From the NCBI GenBank assembly GCA_965198225.1, contig CBDAOY010000008.1, positions 96,001 through 160,000 of the forward strand: a stretch of DNA of 64,000 bases. Direction: 5' to 3'. This DNA comes from Terriglobia bacterium. GTDB lineage: Bacteria; Acidobacteriota; Terriglobia; 20CM-2-55-15. The notes under the pieces were generated by a model. It had not been told where the DNA came from. It saw only the letters and a list, made by a program, of their open reading frames with translations, and searched no databases. Positions 20,180 through 29,095 of the stretch are shown one piece after another. A program made the translations under genes and the position numbers. Within the stretch, counting starts at the first letter, position 1, and each line of letters opens with the position of its first letter.

Positions 20180-21109
20180 TCATTCCCCCTCACTCACAAC
20201 CGGCCGCGTCGGCTTCTCATTCACGTGCAACTGGAACACATCCGGCCGCGCATAATGCCCCACCACGTCGAAATCGTATTTCCCCCGCGCAATCTCTCCC
20301 AGATCGATCTCAGCGGTTAGAATCCCGTCCTCGTTGTACAACGGGCCAGCCAGGACTTTCCCGAGCGGGCTGATGATTGCGCTTCCACCACGCATGATGA
20401 CGGTTTCCGGATCGTCACCCTGTATAGCCGGGTAGTCTTCGGGGCAGTCTCCTCGCCTCAGATGCTGGCAGCAGGAAAAGACGTAGCACCGCCCTTCCAG
20501 CGCCACGTGAATCATCGAGGAATGCCAGCTGTCGCGGTCATCGGCGGTTGGCGCGCAGTAGAGTTGAATCCCTTTCCCATACATCGCCGTCCGCATCAGC
20601 GGCATGTAGTTCTCCCAGCAGATGACGGCGCCCAGCTTACCGAGCGGCGTGTCGTAGATCGGTAGCGTTGAACCGTCGCCGAAACCCCAGATGATACGTT
20701 CCATGCCGGTCGGCATGAGCTTGCGGTGTTTGCCCAGGTAGTTGCCGCTGTCGTCGAAAAAGACCGCGGTGCAGTAGAGTGTCCCGTTGTCCCGCTCGAT
20801 GACGCCGACGACCAGGTAGACTCCGGCTTCGCCCGCGATCGTCGCCAGCCGGTCGATCCCCGCCCCCGGAATGTCGACGGCACTCTCCCAATACCGCTTG
20901 AAGTACTCCCGTCCCTCGGGAGACCGGCCTCCGACGCGCGCGCCAAAGTCGAGTCCCTTGGGGTAGGACGAGACGAACGCTTCAGGAAAGACGACCAACT
21001 TCGCTCCCTGGCGTGCGGCATCGGCCGTCAGGTCCCCGATCTTGTCGAGCGTGCGCTCGCAGTCGAAAACGACCGGTGAGGCCTGAACGACGGCGGCAGT
21101 GAAAGACAT
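20180..21109 (-). CDS. nitrilase (carbon-nitrogen hydrolase)
   Basis: Catalytic triad in VFPEAF, HRKLMPT and ICWENYMP; DVVGHYARPD; ATG 21109. Confidence 0.92.
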   Translation of the reverse strand: MSFTAAVVQASPVVFDCERTLDKIGDLTADAARQGAKLVVFPEAFVSSYPKGLDFGARVGGRSPEGREYFKRYWESAVDIPGAGIDRLATIAGEAGVYLVVGVIERDNGTLYCTAVFFDDSGNYLGKHRKLMPTGMERIIWGFGDGSTLPIYDTPLGKLGAVICWENYMPLMRTAMYGKGIQLYCAPTADDRDSWHSSMIHVALEGRCYVFSCCQHLRRGDCPEDYPAIQGDDPETVIMRGGSAIISPLGKVLAGPLYNEDGILTAEIDLGEIARGKYDFDVVGHYARPDVFQLHVNEKPTRPVVSEGE

Positions 21110-21360
21110 CGTGGGTTCTCCTTCGTGGTAGCTGACGTTCAGCGCGCCATTGTACATCTCCAAGCGCCTTTCGCTGGAAGCTGACGCCCGTGGGAACCTG
21201 GTGCCGGACGCGTGGTTCGCAGCTCTGGCTGTCGAGTCCGGCTGCGAACGGATCACCCTGGATCGTGATTACGCCAGGTTCGAGGGACTGAAATGGAGCC
21301 TTCCACGACTCGCCTGACTCGTTGCGTCCGCACCCACGGAGCTAACATCCGGAACTAAGG

Positions 21361-22182
21361 TCAAGAATTTGCAGCCTTGTAGCGGCCGTGTTGAGGACCA
21401 AAATACTCGCCGAGATCGGTACCCATATGCGACGCGTCGGAGAACATCCACGCATTAACGTCTGCACCAACCCGCATCGCCGCGTGCTCCCGAACCGCGT
21501 GCGTCTTCGTCCAGTCCCGATGGAGCGTTGCGCGCTTCCACTCGGCACGCGACTCCGAGGCGTGCCACATCATCGAGTTGTACAGCAGGCAATCTCCCGG
21601 TTCGAGAACGACGTTCATCGCACCAGGCATCCCCGCGCACATGTTTGGGTCGACAGCAGCGTAGACATCGAAGGGCGCTACCAACCCCTCCACACCGAGC
21701 GCCTCGAACTTGGCAGCGTGAGCGGCCTCGTCTGCGCGGTTGACCCGGATATGACTGCCGGGCACGATCCAGAGGCTGCGATCCGGATACAGCGCGCAGT
21801 TGCTGAAGGCGAACATCTGCGGATCCTGGATCATATCCGCCATGACGAAATAGGGTTCCTCGAAGTCACGATGCCAGCGGCATGCTGTATGGCCATCCGA
21901 ACCCAGGAAGGCAGACATCCCGCCGCAGGCAAGATCGCTGGTCCCCAGTACCTCCGCTGCCGCGTCGTTCAGCTTGGCCACGTTGAGGTAGTCGATCAGG
22001 CAGCGGTGGAAAGTCTTTGGACTCAAAAGCGCCTGTTGGCGTGTGTAGTGGTCTGTCTCGCCCCGGTCCCGCAGCGTGTAGAGATATTCAAAGTGCTCGC
22101 GAAGGCGCCGAATCAAATCGGCGTCGATCGCGTCGCGCACGATGACCCATCCATCCCTCACGAACTGGTCACGACTATGCAT
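21361..22182 (-). CDS. phytanoyl-CoA dioxygenase (PhyH)-family Fe(II)/2OG oxygenase
   Basis: RDGWVIVRDA start, WHRD (HxD), LWIVPGSH, PGDCLLY...WH...R. Confidence 0.85.
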   Translation of the reverse strand: MHSRDQFVRDGWVIVRDAIDADLIRRLREHFEYLYTLRDRGETDHYTRQQALLSPKTFHRCLIDYLNVAKLNDAAAEVLGTSDLACGGMSAFLGSDGHTACRWHRDFEEPYFVMADMIQDPQMFAFSNCALYPDRSLWIVPGSHIRVNRADEAAHAAKFEALGVEGLVAPFDVYAAVDPNMCAGMPGAMNVVLEPGDCLLYNSMMWHASESRAEWKRATLHRDWTKTHAVREHAAMRVGADVNAWMFSDASHMGTDLGEYFGPQHGRYKAANS

Positions 22183-22210
22183 CCGTGCAACACTACAGTA
22201 CCCTCAGCGC
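22183..22210. promoter_or_regulatory. putative bidirectional promoter for two leaderless transcripts
   Basis: 28-bp spacer with no RBS; TACCCT 6 nt before ATG 22211 (+) and TAGTGT 7 nt before ATG 22182 (-). Confidence 0.4.
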
Positions 22211-22867
22211 ATGTCGCAACAGCCTGAAATCGACCGTTCGGTTGAGCCCACACTGATCGAATTCGGGGCCCAAGGTGGTGTCGTGGTGTTCGACGGGTTC
22301 TTTGCCAACCCCCACGAATTACGCGCCCTTGCGCTCGAGCAGCGATTCGAGCCGGTCGCTGAAACGCTGTTCCCCGGGGAGCGCGTCGAGGTGCCCTTCG
22401 ACCATCGTCATATCATCGAGCATCTCAGCGCGTTCGTGGATTGGGACATTTCCACATTTACTTCCGAATGTCATTTCAACATCTTCACGCTCAAGGACGC
22501 GGACCGGTCGCCTTCTCAACGTGTGCCGCACGTCGACACGATCAAACGGCGGGTTCTCGTGGCGCTGACCTACCTCAACCTGCCCGATCAGTGCCGGGGA
22601 GGCACAAGCTTTTTCAGACATCTTCCCACCGGCCTGGAACGCGTCGCGCCAACCTGCCCCGAGACACTGATCGCCGACCTATACCATCCGCCTGAACCGG
22701 CGGAGTGGGAGCGCGTCTGCACCATCGAAATGCGTTTCAATCGCGTCGTGGTTTACCGCGGCAATCTCTTTCATTCCGCGACGGTCTCAGACGAGGATTT
22801 CGGAGCTGCACCTGAGGCACGCAGGCTAACCATGAACCTGGTTATGGAGTCTGAAATAACCCTGTGA
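22211..22867 (+). CDS. DUF6445-like Fe(II)/2OG oxygenase-fold protein
   Basis: VVFDGFFANP, PHVD (HxD), YLN...GGTSFFRH, FNRVVVYRGNLFHS, RRLT. Confidence 0.75.
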   Translation: MSQQPEIDRSVEPTLIEFGAQGGVVVFDGFFANPHELRALALEQRFEPVAETLFPGERVEVPFDHRHIIEHLSAFVDWDISTFTSECHFNIFTLKDADRSPSQRVPHVDTIKRRVLVALTYLNLPDQCRGGTSFFRHLPTGLERVAPTCPETLIADLYHPPEPAEWERVCTIEMRFNRVVVYRGNLFHSATVSDEDFGAAPEARRLTMNLVMESEITL

Positions 22868-22980
22868 TCCGAACCATGTTGTCGACCGGAGGCCAGAGTT
22901 GACGGTGCCGTGTCATCTGTGTGATAACTGAGCCCGTCAGAATTTCCGCAGCCTATCAGTTCACAATCGGGGAGAGAATC

Positions 22981-23316
22981 ATGTCAGAAAAAGCGCTTGG
23001 CGAGTTCATCAATAAGATCAACGGTTCGGCGGATCTCTCGAAGCAGGTTGAAGGTCTCATCTCCGGCCAGCGCGATTGGGCCGGATTTATAGCCCTCGGC
23101 AGGGACAATGGCTTTGAGTTCACCCATGACGAGCTACAGGCCAACCTGGACGCGATCCGTAGCTTGGGCGGCGGGGCAGATGGTGAGCTGAGCCAGGCAG
23201 ACCTCGAAATGGCTGCTGGTGGCGCGGGGATAAGCGGGCCCGGAAAGATCTCGGGTATCGGTGGTGTTGACATCCCGACGACCGAATCCGCGATAAAGTG
23301 GGCGCGCTGCTGGTAA
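22981..23316 (+). CDS. Nif11-family leader RiPP precursor peptide (111 aa; 81-aa leader, 30-aa core)
   Basis: RBS ggggag; MSEKALGEFINK...GFEFTHDEL...ELSQADLEMAAGG double-Gly motif; core AGISGPGKISGIGGVDIPTTESAIKWARCW. Confidence 0.9.
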   Translation: MSEKALGEFINKINGSADLSKQVEGLISGQRDWAGFIALGRDNGFEFTHDELQANLDAIRSLGGGADGELSQADLEMAAGGAGISGPGKISGIGGVDIPTTESAIKWARCW

Positions 23317-23335
23317 CGCGCGCCGCGCGTCACAC

Positions 23336-24919
23336 GTGAAGATTCTGCTCGTCTACCCCCCGATGCTCAATGTGCACGGGGCGATAGCGCCACCTCTCGG
23401 TATCCTCAACATTGCCGCGGTTCTCGAGAAGAACGGTTACACCGTCCAGGTCGCGGATTTCGTTTTCGAGCTGGCGAACGGCACGACTGAGGCGGGGCCC
23501 AACGTCTACGACGACGTTGCCCGAAGGATCATCGCCTTTGAAGCCGATGTCATTGGCTTCTCGACTCTCTGTGCCTCCTACCCGGGCGCCATCCAGCTTT
23601 CAGACCGTGTGAAGGCGGCCCGACCGAACACCAAGATAGTGTTCGGCGGCATGAACGCTGCGTTTGTCGCCGTAGAGACCCTCGAAGCGTTCGAATCTAT
23701 CGACGTGGTGTGCCGCGGCGAGGGTGAACTCGCCTTTCTGGACATTGTGCAGGCTCTCGAAGGCGACAAGCCGATCTCCCGGGTGCCGGGAATCGCATAC
23801 CGCGACGGATCTCGCGTGGAGGTCACCCCCGACCGGCCGCAGATCCGCAATCTCGACGATCTCCCACTGCCCGCGTATCATCTTGCGCCTTCGTTCGCGG
23901 ACTACGCAGAGTGCAATGTGGGTTTCGGACGCACCGAGGCCCTGGTCGAAGCTGGGCGAGGTTGTTCGTTCAATTGCATGTTCTGCTCGATCTGCGGTTT
24001 CTACGAGGAAAAGGCCCGCCACTACTCTCCCGAGCGCGTCGTCGAGGAAATCGAACTGGTGACCGGCCTCGGCGCGGACTCGATCTACTTTACCTACGAT
24101 ATCCTCACCGAAGACGCGCCCTATGTTCGCCGAATCTGCGAGCTGCTGAAGGAACGCGATATACGCGTGCCGTGGGTGTCGCGGTCACGTCTCGATCTCG
24201 TCGACTATGATCTCATCGACACGATGGTGGAGGCCGGTTGCCGTGAGATGTTCTTTGGCATGGAGTCCGGATCTAAGAAGATCCTCGCCTCATTGCACGG
24301 CAAGAACATCGGGGAAGAGCACAAGATCGACTATGCACGCGAAAACGGCGTGCAGGTTTCGCTCAGTTTCACCATCGGCTATCTCCAGGAGAACCAGGAC
24401 GAAGTCAACGCAACTTTGATGTGCTGCGTCGAATACGCGGCGCGTGGTGTGTTCTGCACGCCCCTGCTTATCTCCGTTCTGCCGGGCACCAAGCTGTATC
24501 ACGCCTATAAGGACCGCCTGGTACAGACGATCACGCCCAAGTTCTCATTCGGCATCGAGTACGATGACGGCCGCAAGTTGGCGAGCGACCAAGCCATGAT
24601 TGCCCGCTACCCACACATATTTTCGTCCTTCTACAATATCCAGCCGAGCCACCTTGACCTGACTCTGCTCGGCCACATCAACTACTACGGGGGCGACGTG
24701 ATGCTGCGTCACAACGCGTTGATGAGAGACATCGTGGCAAAGACCGGGCGGACACCCTACGAGCTCTTTGGTGACTTCTTTCGGTGGGCGGAGCATCAGG
24801 GCATGGCATTGGATCGTCTACAGTTCACGCCGTTACGAGTCGCCGACACCTTCGTTCAGTTCGCAGATCAGGGCGCCGTCGACAACCTTGAAGGCGTAAG
24901 CAGCAGGAGAGCACCGTGA
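23336..24919 (+). CDS. cobalamin-dependent (class B) radical SAM protein, probable methyltransferase
   Basis: B12-binding N-terminus (LVYPP...PPLGILNIAAVL, GEGE), GRGCSFNCMFC, GMESGS. Confidence 0.9.
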   Translation: MKILLVYPPMLNVHGAIAPPLGILNIAAVLEKNGYTVQVADFVFELANGTTEAGPNVYDDVARRIIAFEADVIGFSTLCASYPGAIQLSDRVKAARPNTKIVFGGMNAAFVAVETLEAFESIDVVCRGEGELAFLDIVQALEGDKPISRVPGIAYRDGSRVEVTPDRPQIRNLDDLPLPAYHLAPSFADYAECNVGFGRTEALVEAGRGCSFNCMFCSICGFYEEKARHYSPERVVEEIELVTGLGADSIYFTYDILTEDAPYVRRICELLKERDIRVPWVSRSRLDLVDYDLIDTMVEAGCREMFFGMESGSKKILASLHGKNIGEEHKIDYARENGVQVSLSFTIGYLQENQDEVNATLMCCVEYAARGVFCTPLLISVLPGTKLYHAYKDRLVQTITPKFSFGIEYDDGRKLASDQAMIARYPHIFSSFYNIQPSHLDLTLLGHINYYGGDVMLRHNALMRDIVAKTGRTPYELFGDFFRWAEHQGMALDRLQFTPLRVADTFVQFADQGAVDNLEGVSSRRAP

Positions 24920-26313
24920 CTGAGTTGACTAAGTATTTCAAGGGCAAGAATATGCGGCGCATCGAGAGAATCGTGGAGCATCGCTTCGACGATGCGACCG
25001 TATTGCTCAATCCTTACAACCTGGAGACGATCGAAGTGCCCGAGGAGGCGGTTGCGACCCTCAACTCGCTTGCCGCCGCCCGGACCGAGGAAGAGTTTCG
25101 AGCAGCCAACAATGGAAATGCAGTGGACGAAGAACTGTTCCAGAAGGGCTTCATTGTTCCTGATTCCTATGAGGAACGGGCGATTACCAAGGCTATGGGC
25201 GACGCTCTCGCTCGGCCCACAGAAGTATCGACTTTGTTTGTAGTGCCCACAATGGGCTGCAATCTGAACTGCAGCTATTGCTTCGTCTACCAGAACGGGC
25301 GCGATTTCGAAAAACAAACCCTGGCCTGGCCCGTCTATGAGCGCGGCGTCGAAGCGTATCTTCGCTCCTTCGACAAGACCCAACCCGGCCTCAACAAGAT
25401 CGTCTTCTACGGCGGCGAGCCCCTGATGCGCCCGGCCTTCGTGAAGGACGTCATTGAAGACATCCAGGGCAAGATCGAGGAGGGACGGTTCGGCAAGCGC
25501 GATGTGATTTTTGGCATGACGACGAACGGCACCCAGATCAACGACGAAGTCGCCACGTGGATGGCTGAGAACCAGGTGCACACTTTCGTGTCACTCGACG
25601 GTGACTTCACCGCCAACAGCCGCCGGTTGACCCTCGCCAACGCCAGCGCCAGTTTCGACGCCGCCGTCAACGGCATCAGACTTCTGGAAGCACACGGATT
25701 GAATCCGAGCATCTCCGTGGTCATCGGCAAACACAACATCGACCGCTTCGAAAGCGGCCTCGATTGGCTCGCCGACAATTTCAGAACGCGGACGATCAGC
25801 ATTTGCTTCGTCAACAACAAGCCCGACGGCTCGGAGCGCGACGAGGGCCTACCGCTCGATGCGAGTCAAATTGAAGCGATCTACCGTACCGCCTATGCGA
25901 AAGGGTTCGCCGAGAAGAGCGTGGAATCCTACAGGCAGACCATCGAGCATCGGAGCTTGTCCGCGCCACATTGCGGCGCCGTCGGCGGACACATGATTTT
26001 GCGACCGGACGGCAAGACCTCGCTCTGCCCTTTGCTGATCGACGGGGACGAAACCGCCGTCGAGGTCGAAGAAGAGACGATCGTATCCGAACAGGCGATC
26101 TGGCTGGAGTGGACCCAGCGCCGCCCGCTTAACCCCAGGATGAAGAAGTGCAACGAGAGTTGCGAATACCTGACGGTTTGCACGGGCGGATGTTCCTACG
26201 AGTCACCCGCACGCTACGGGAGCATCTGGGAGGTCAACCCAGAGGAATGTGACAAGCAGCAGGGCGCGATCAACGTCGCCCTCGAACACATCGTCGTCGA
26301 CCGACGGACCTAG
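24916..26313 (+). CDS. radical SAM/SPASM peptide maturase with probable N-terminal RRE
   Basis: CNLNCSYC, YGGEPL, TTNGT, VSLDG; SPASM CGA...DGKTSLCP...CNESCEYLTVCTGGC...C; GTGA overlap with the upstream gene. Confidence 0.9.
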   Translation: MTELTKYFKGKNMRRIERIVEHRFDDATVLLNPYNLETIEVPEEAVATLNSLAAARTEEEFRAANNGNAVDEELFQKGFIVPDSYEERAITKAMGDALARPTEVSTLFVVPTMGCNLNCSYCFVYQNGRDFEKQTLAWPVYERGVEAYLRSFDKTQPGLNKIVFYGGEPLMRPAFVKDVIEDIQGKIEEGRFGKRDVIFGMTTNGTQINDEVATWMAENQVHTFVSLDGDFTANSRRLTLANASASFDAAVNGIRLLEAHGLNPSISVVIGKHNIDRFESGLDWLADNFRTRTISICFVNNKPDGSERDEGLPLDASQIEAIYRTAYAKGFAEKSVESYRQTIEHRSLSAPHCGAVGGHMILRPDGKTSLCPLLIDGDETAVEVEEETIVSEQAIWLEWTQRRPLNPRMKKCNESCEYLTVCTGGCSYESPARYGSIWEVNPEECDKQQGAINVALEHIVVDRRT

Positions 26314-26351
26314 CAGCCACGGGCTGCTAAACGCTGAAACCGACCCGTTCG

Positions 26352-28250
26352 ATGAGCCAACCCACATTGCAGCTGGTGTCGATGCCGTGGGCCTCTCCGG
26401 CTTCGTCTTCCATCCAGATCGGGTGTCTCAAGGCTTACGCGGACCAGGTGTTCGCCGGCCGGTTGGATATTACCGCTCACTCCGGATTCTTCAGCATCCT
26501 CGATGTGCTCTTTGAATCCCCGTTTGAAGGCTATGACGCGCTTTCGGGATACCAGGAATATCCCTACTTTCTGCTCTATGCTCGACGCTACCTGGACGCC
26601 GAAGTCGACATTGACGATCTCATCGACCGGCTCAACACGTCTCAACACACGTCCGGGGTCCTCACACCGGAGCTACTGGACCGCCTCGAAACGGCGACGA
26701 TTGCTGATCTCGACTCTTCGATCGTACCGCGTCTCACCGGTCGCGATGTCATTGGTTTCACCCTGAACTTTTTCCAGGTATACGCGTCGCTCTTTGCAGC
26801 CCGACATCTGCAGGACGTGTGCGGCGCAGATGGGCCGCTCTTTCTTCTCGGTGGTTCGAGCGTGAACTTCCCGGAAGTCGCTCAAGTGGTCCGGCGCACC
26901 GGCATCCCCGGCCTCGGCGTCATTGGAGAGGGCGAGAGAAAGCTCGAGTTGATTGTCGGTTCATGGCTGGAGGACTCCGCTACCGTCCAGATTGCCAGCG
27001 ACATTCCCGGTGTCTACGAGCTCGGCGACAAAGCGGCAGGCCTGTTCGAGCGCAACGTCGCCAACTACAAGACGCAGTTCGCAGCGATGGACGAATTACC
27101 GATCCCTGATTTCGACGAATACTTCGATCGGGTACGGAAAGCCTGTTCTGCGGAAGTGGTCGAGAAGACCATCGCTTTTCCAATGGAAGGTAGCCGGGGT
27201 TGCTTTGCACATTGCGACTTCTGTGGTGACAATGTCATCTGGAACGGCTTCCGCAGTCGAGCGTCGAAGCGCGTCTTTGAACAGGCGATGACGCTCACCG
27301 AACGGTACGGTCACCATTCTTCACATTTCGTCGACAACGTTTGCGACAGCTGGGCCGAGTCATTTGCCGACGACTTGATTCGACGTGGTCAGACCCATGC
27401 GACACGCATGGAGATGCGCGTTCATCATCCGGAACGATTCTGGACCAAGCTGGCCCTCGCCGGTGTCTGGGCCGTACAAACAGGCATCGAAGCGCTATCC
27501 GAGCCGCTCCTCCAGGGTATGAACAAGGGGACGACGGTGATGCAGAACTTGATGGCTCACAAGTACCTGTGCGAACTGGGCGTGCAATCGCGCGCGAACC
27601 TGATCATCAATCACCCCAAATCGACACTCGCAGACATCGACGAAACGCGGCGTGTCATCGAACACATCCGGCACATGGGGCGCCTTCGCCTTTCCGACTT
27701 CTCGTTGACCATCGGAAGCCCACTCTACGATGCGCTGAAGCCGGAGGAGCGCCGCAACCTGAAGCAATGGACGTGGGCCACTCTCCCCGAGCACCTCGCA
27801 CCCCACTTTGTGTCTCTTTACGTTCGAATGCCAGACGGCCATGAGCTCGATCCGGAGGTCCGCCGCGGCTGGTATGGATTCGGTCAATGGTATGAAGATC
27901 TGGTTGCGACCTCCGATGTAGATCCCTTCGAGCTCTCCGCGACGCAGATCACGAATACGGCGACGCACATCCGGGGATCGAATATCGACCAGCGAATCGA
28001 AGGGAACGAGCACCACGTCTACGCCCTGGCACACCGGCCACGCACAGTCGAGGCCCTTGCCGCCAAGGCGTGTCTGCCGCCGGGCGGTGTCGCAGTGATC
28101 GTTGCTCAGTTCGTCACCGATCGACTGATGATCCGGGTCGGTGACGAGTACTTGTCTCTGGCATTGCGGCCTCGCTCGGAACTGGTCGCTCGCTATGAGG
28201 GGAAGCAGGCACAGCCGGCGACAGGATCGGTTTCGCGAGTTCTTTCGTGA
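26352..28250 (+). CDS. RiPP-maturation cobalamin-dependent radical SAM C-methyltransferase-like protein (TIGR03975-like)
   Basis: N-terminal LVSMPWA..SIQIGCLKAY, GEGE, PIPDFDEYF, EGSRGCFAHCDFC, VDN, QTGIEALS..LLQGMNKG. Confidence 0.85.
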   Translation: MSQPTLQLVSMPWASPASSSIQIGCLKAYADQVFAGRLDITAHSGFFSILDVLFESPFEGYDALSGYQEYPYFLLYARRYLDAEVDIDDLIDRLNTSQHTSGVLTPELLDRLETATIADLDSSIVPRLTGRDVIGFTLNFFQVYASLFAARHLQDVCGADGPLFLLGGSSVNFPEVAQVVRRTGIPGLGVIGEGERKLELIVGSWLEDSATVQIASDIPGVYELGDKAAGLFERNVANYKTQFAAMDELPIPDFDEYFDRVRKACSAEVVEKTIAFPMEGSRGCFAHCDFCGDNVIWNGFRSRASKRVFEQAMTLTERYGHHSSHFVDNVCDSWAESFADDLIRRGQTHATRMEMRVHHPERFWTKLALAGVWAVQTGIEALSEPLLQGMNKGTTVMQNLMAHKYLCELGVQSRANLIINHPKSTLADIDETRRVIEHIRHMGRLRLSDFSLTIGSPLYDALKPEERRNLKQWTWATLPEHLAPHFVSLYVRMPDGHELDPEVRRGWYGFGQWYEDLVATSDVDPFELSATQITNTATHIRGSNIDQRIEGNEHHVYALAHRPRTVEALAAKACLPPGGVAVIVAQFVTDRLMIRVGDEYLSLALRPRSELVARYEGKQAQPATGSVSRVLS

Positions 28251-29095
28251 CGGTGGGGATCGTTCGCCGGAAGCTGCCGGTCATCCTCAATAAGCACCCG
28301 CTCGCCTTCGTCGACGTGAACGACGTCCGGAAGCACTTCGTTTACAGTCTTGAAGTCAATGCGGTCGATCACTGCAACTTGCGTTGCAGACAGTGCACTC
28401 ACATGTCACCGGCTTACCGGGAGGCGTTTCGCACCCCCGAGGAACTGTACCGTGTCCTGAGTCGGACGGCCGAAGCCGTGTACGCCAACACGCTCTCGGT
28501 TCTGGGTGGAGAACCGCTGCTGCACCCCAACCTGACGGAAGTACTCGACGCGTGCCGCGCGTCGGGGATCAGCCGCCACATTTACGTAACGACCAACGGC
28601 GTCCTGGCCAGGGAGCAGCCGAAATCGTTGTGGAAGCACATGGACTTTGTGGTCATCAGCGTCCATGGCGGCGGTCTGTCGCTAAAAGAGGCGCAAGGGC
28701 TCGCGGATGAATTATCCCCTTACGTGATCGCACGCGTCGTCAAAGACGCGTTTCGGCAGATTTTTCTGCCGCACGCGTTAAGCGACAACGACACGGACTA
28801 CGTGTGGCGCACATGCGCGCAGGCCCATGAAATGCGCTGCCACTTTGTCCACGCCGGCAAGTACTACCGGTGCCCGCCACAACGCTTTATTCACGAACGA
28901 TTGGCAGATGCGACCGGAGTGGAGATCCAGGATGATGGTCTCGACCTGTCAGGTCCGAACCTCTTTGACCGCCTCACCCGATACCTCCAGCGCACCGACG
29001 CTCTTGAAGCGTGTCGCTACTGCCTGGGCAGCAGCGGCGGGCGTATCCTTCGGCACGACACGAGAAAAGGCCAGCCGTGGAGGCTGTTCGAGTGA
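28247..29095 (+). CDS. short radical SAM protein with twitch-like C-terminal cysteines
   Basis: CNLRCRQC, GGEPLLHP, TTNG; C-terminal C...C...GKYYRC...ACRYC; GTGA overlap. Confidence 0.85.
   Translation: MTVGIVRRKLPVILNKHPLAFVDVNDVRKHFVYSLEVNAVDHCNLRCRQCTHMSPAYREAFRTPEELYRVLSRTAEAVYANTLSVLGGEPLLHPNLTEVLDACRASGISRHIYVTTNGVLAREQPKSLWKHMDFVVISVHGGGLSLKEAQGLADELSPYVIARVVKDAFRQIFLPHALSDNDTDYVWRTCAQAHEMRCHFVHAGKYYRCPPQRFIHERLADATGVEIQDDGLDLSGPNLFDRLTRYLQRTDALEACRYCLGSSGGRILRHDTRKGQPWRLFE

Noticed and set aside
20180-21109. Nitrilase as part of the RiPP cluster
   Set aside because: It looks like a typical stand-alone nitrilase, is 250 bp from the next gene and is bordered by host REPs; only adjacency links it.
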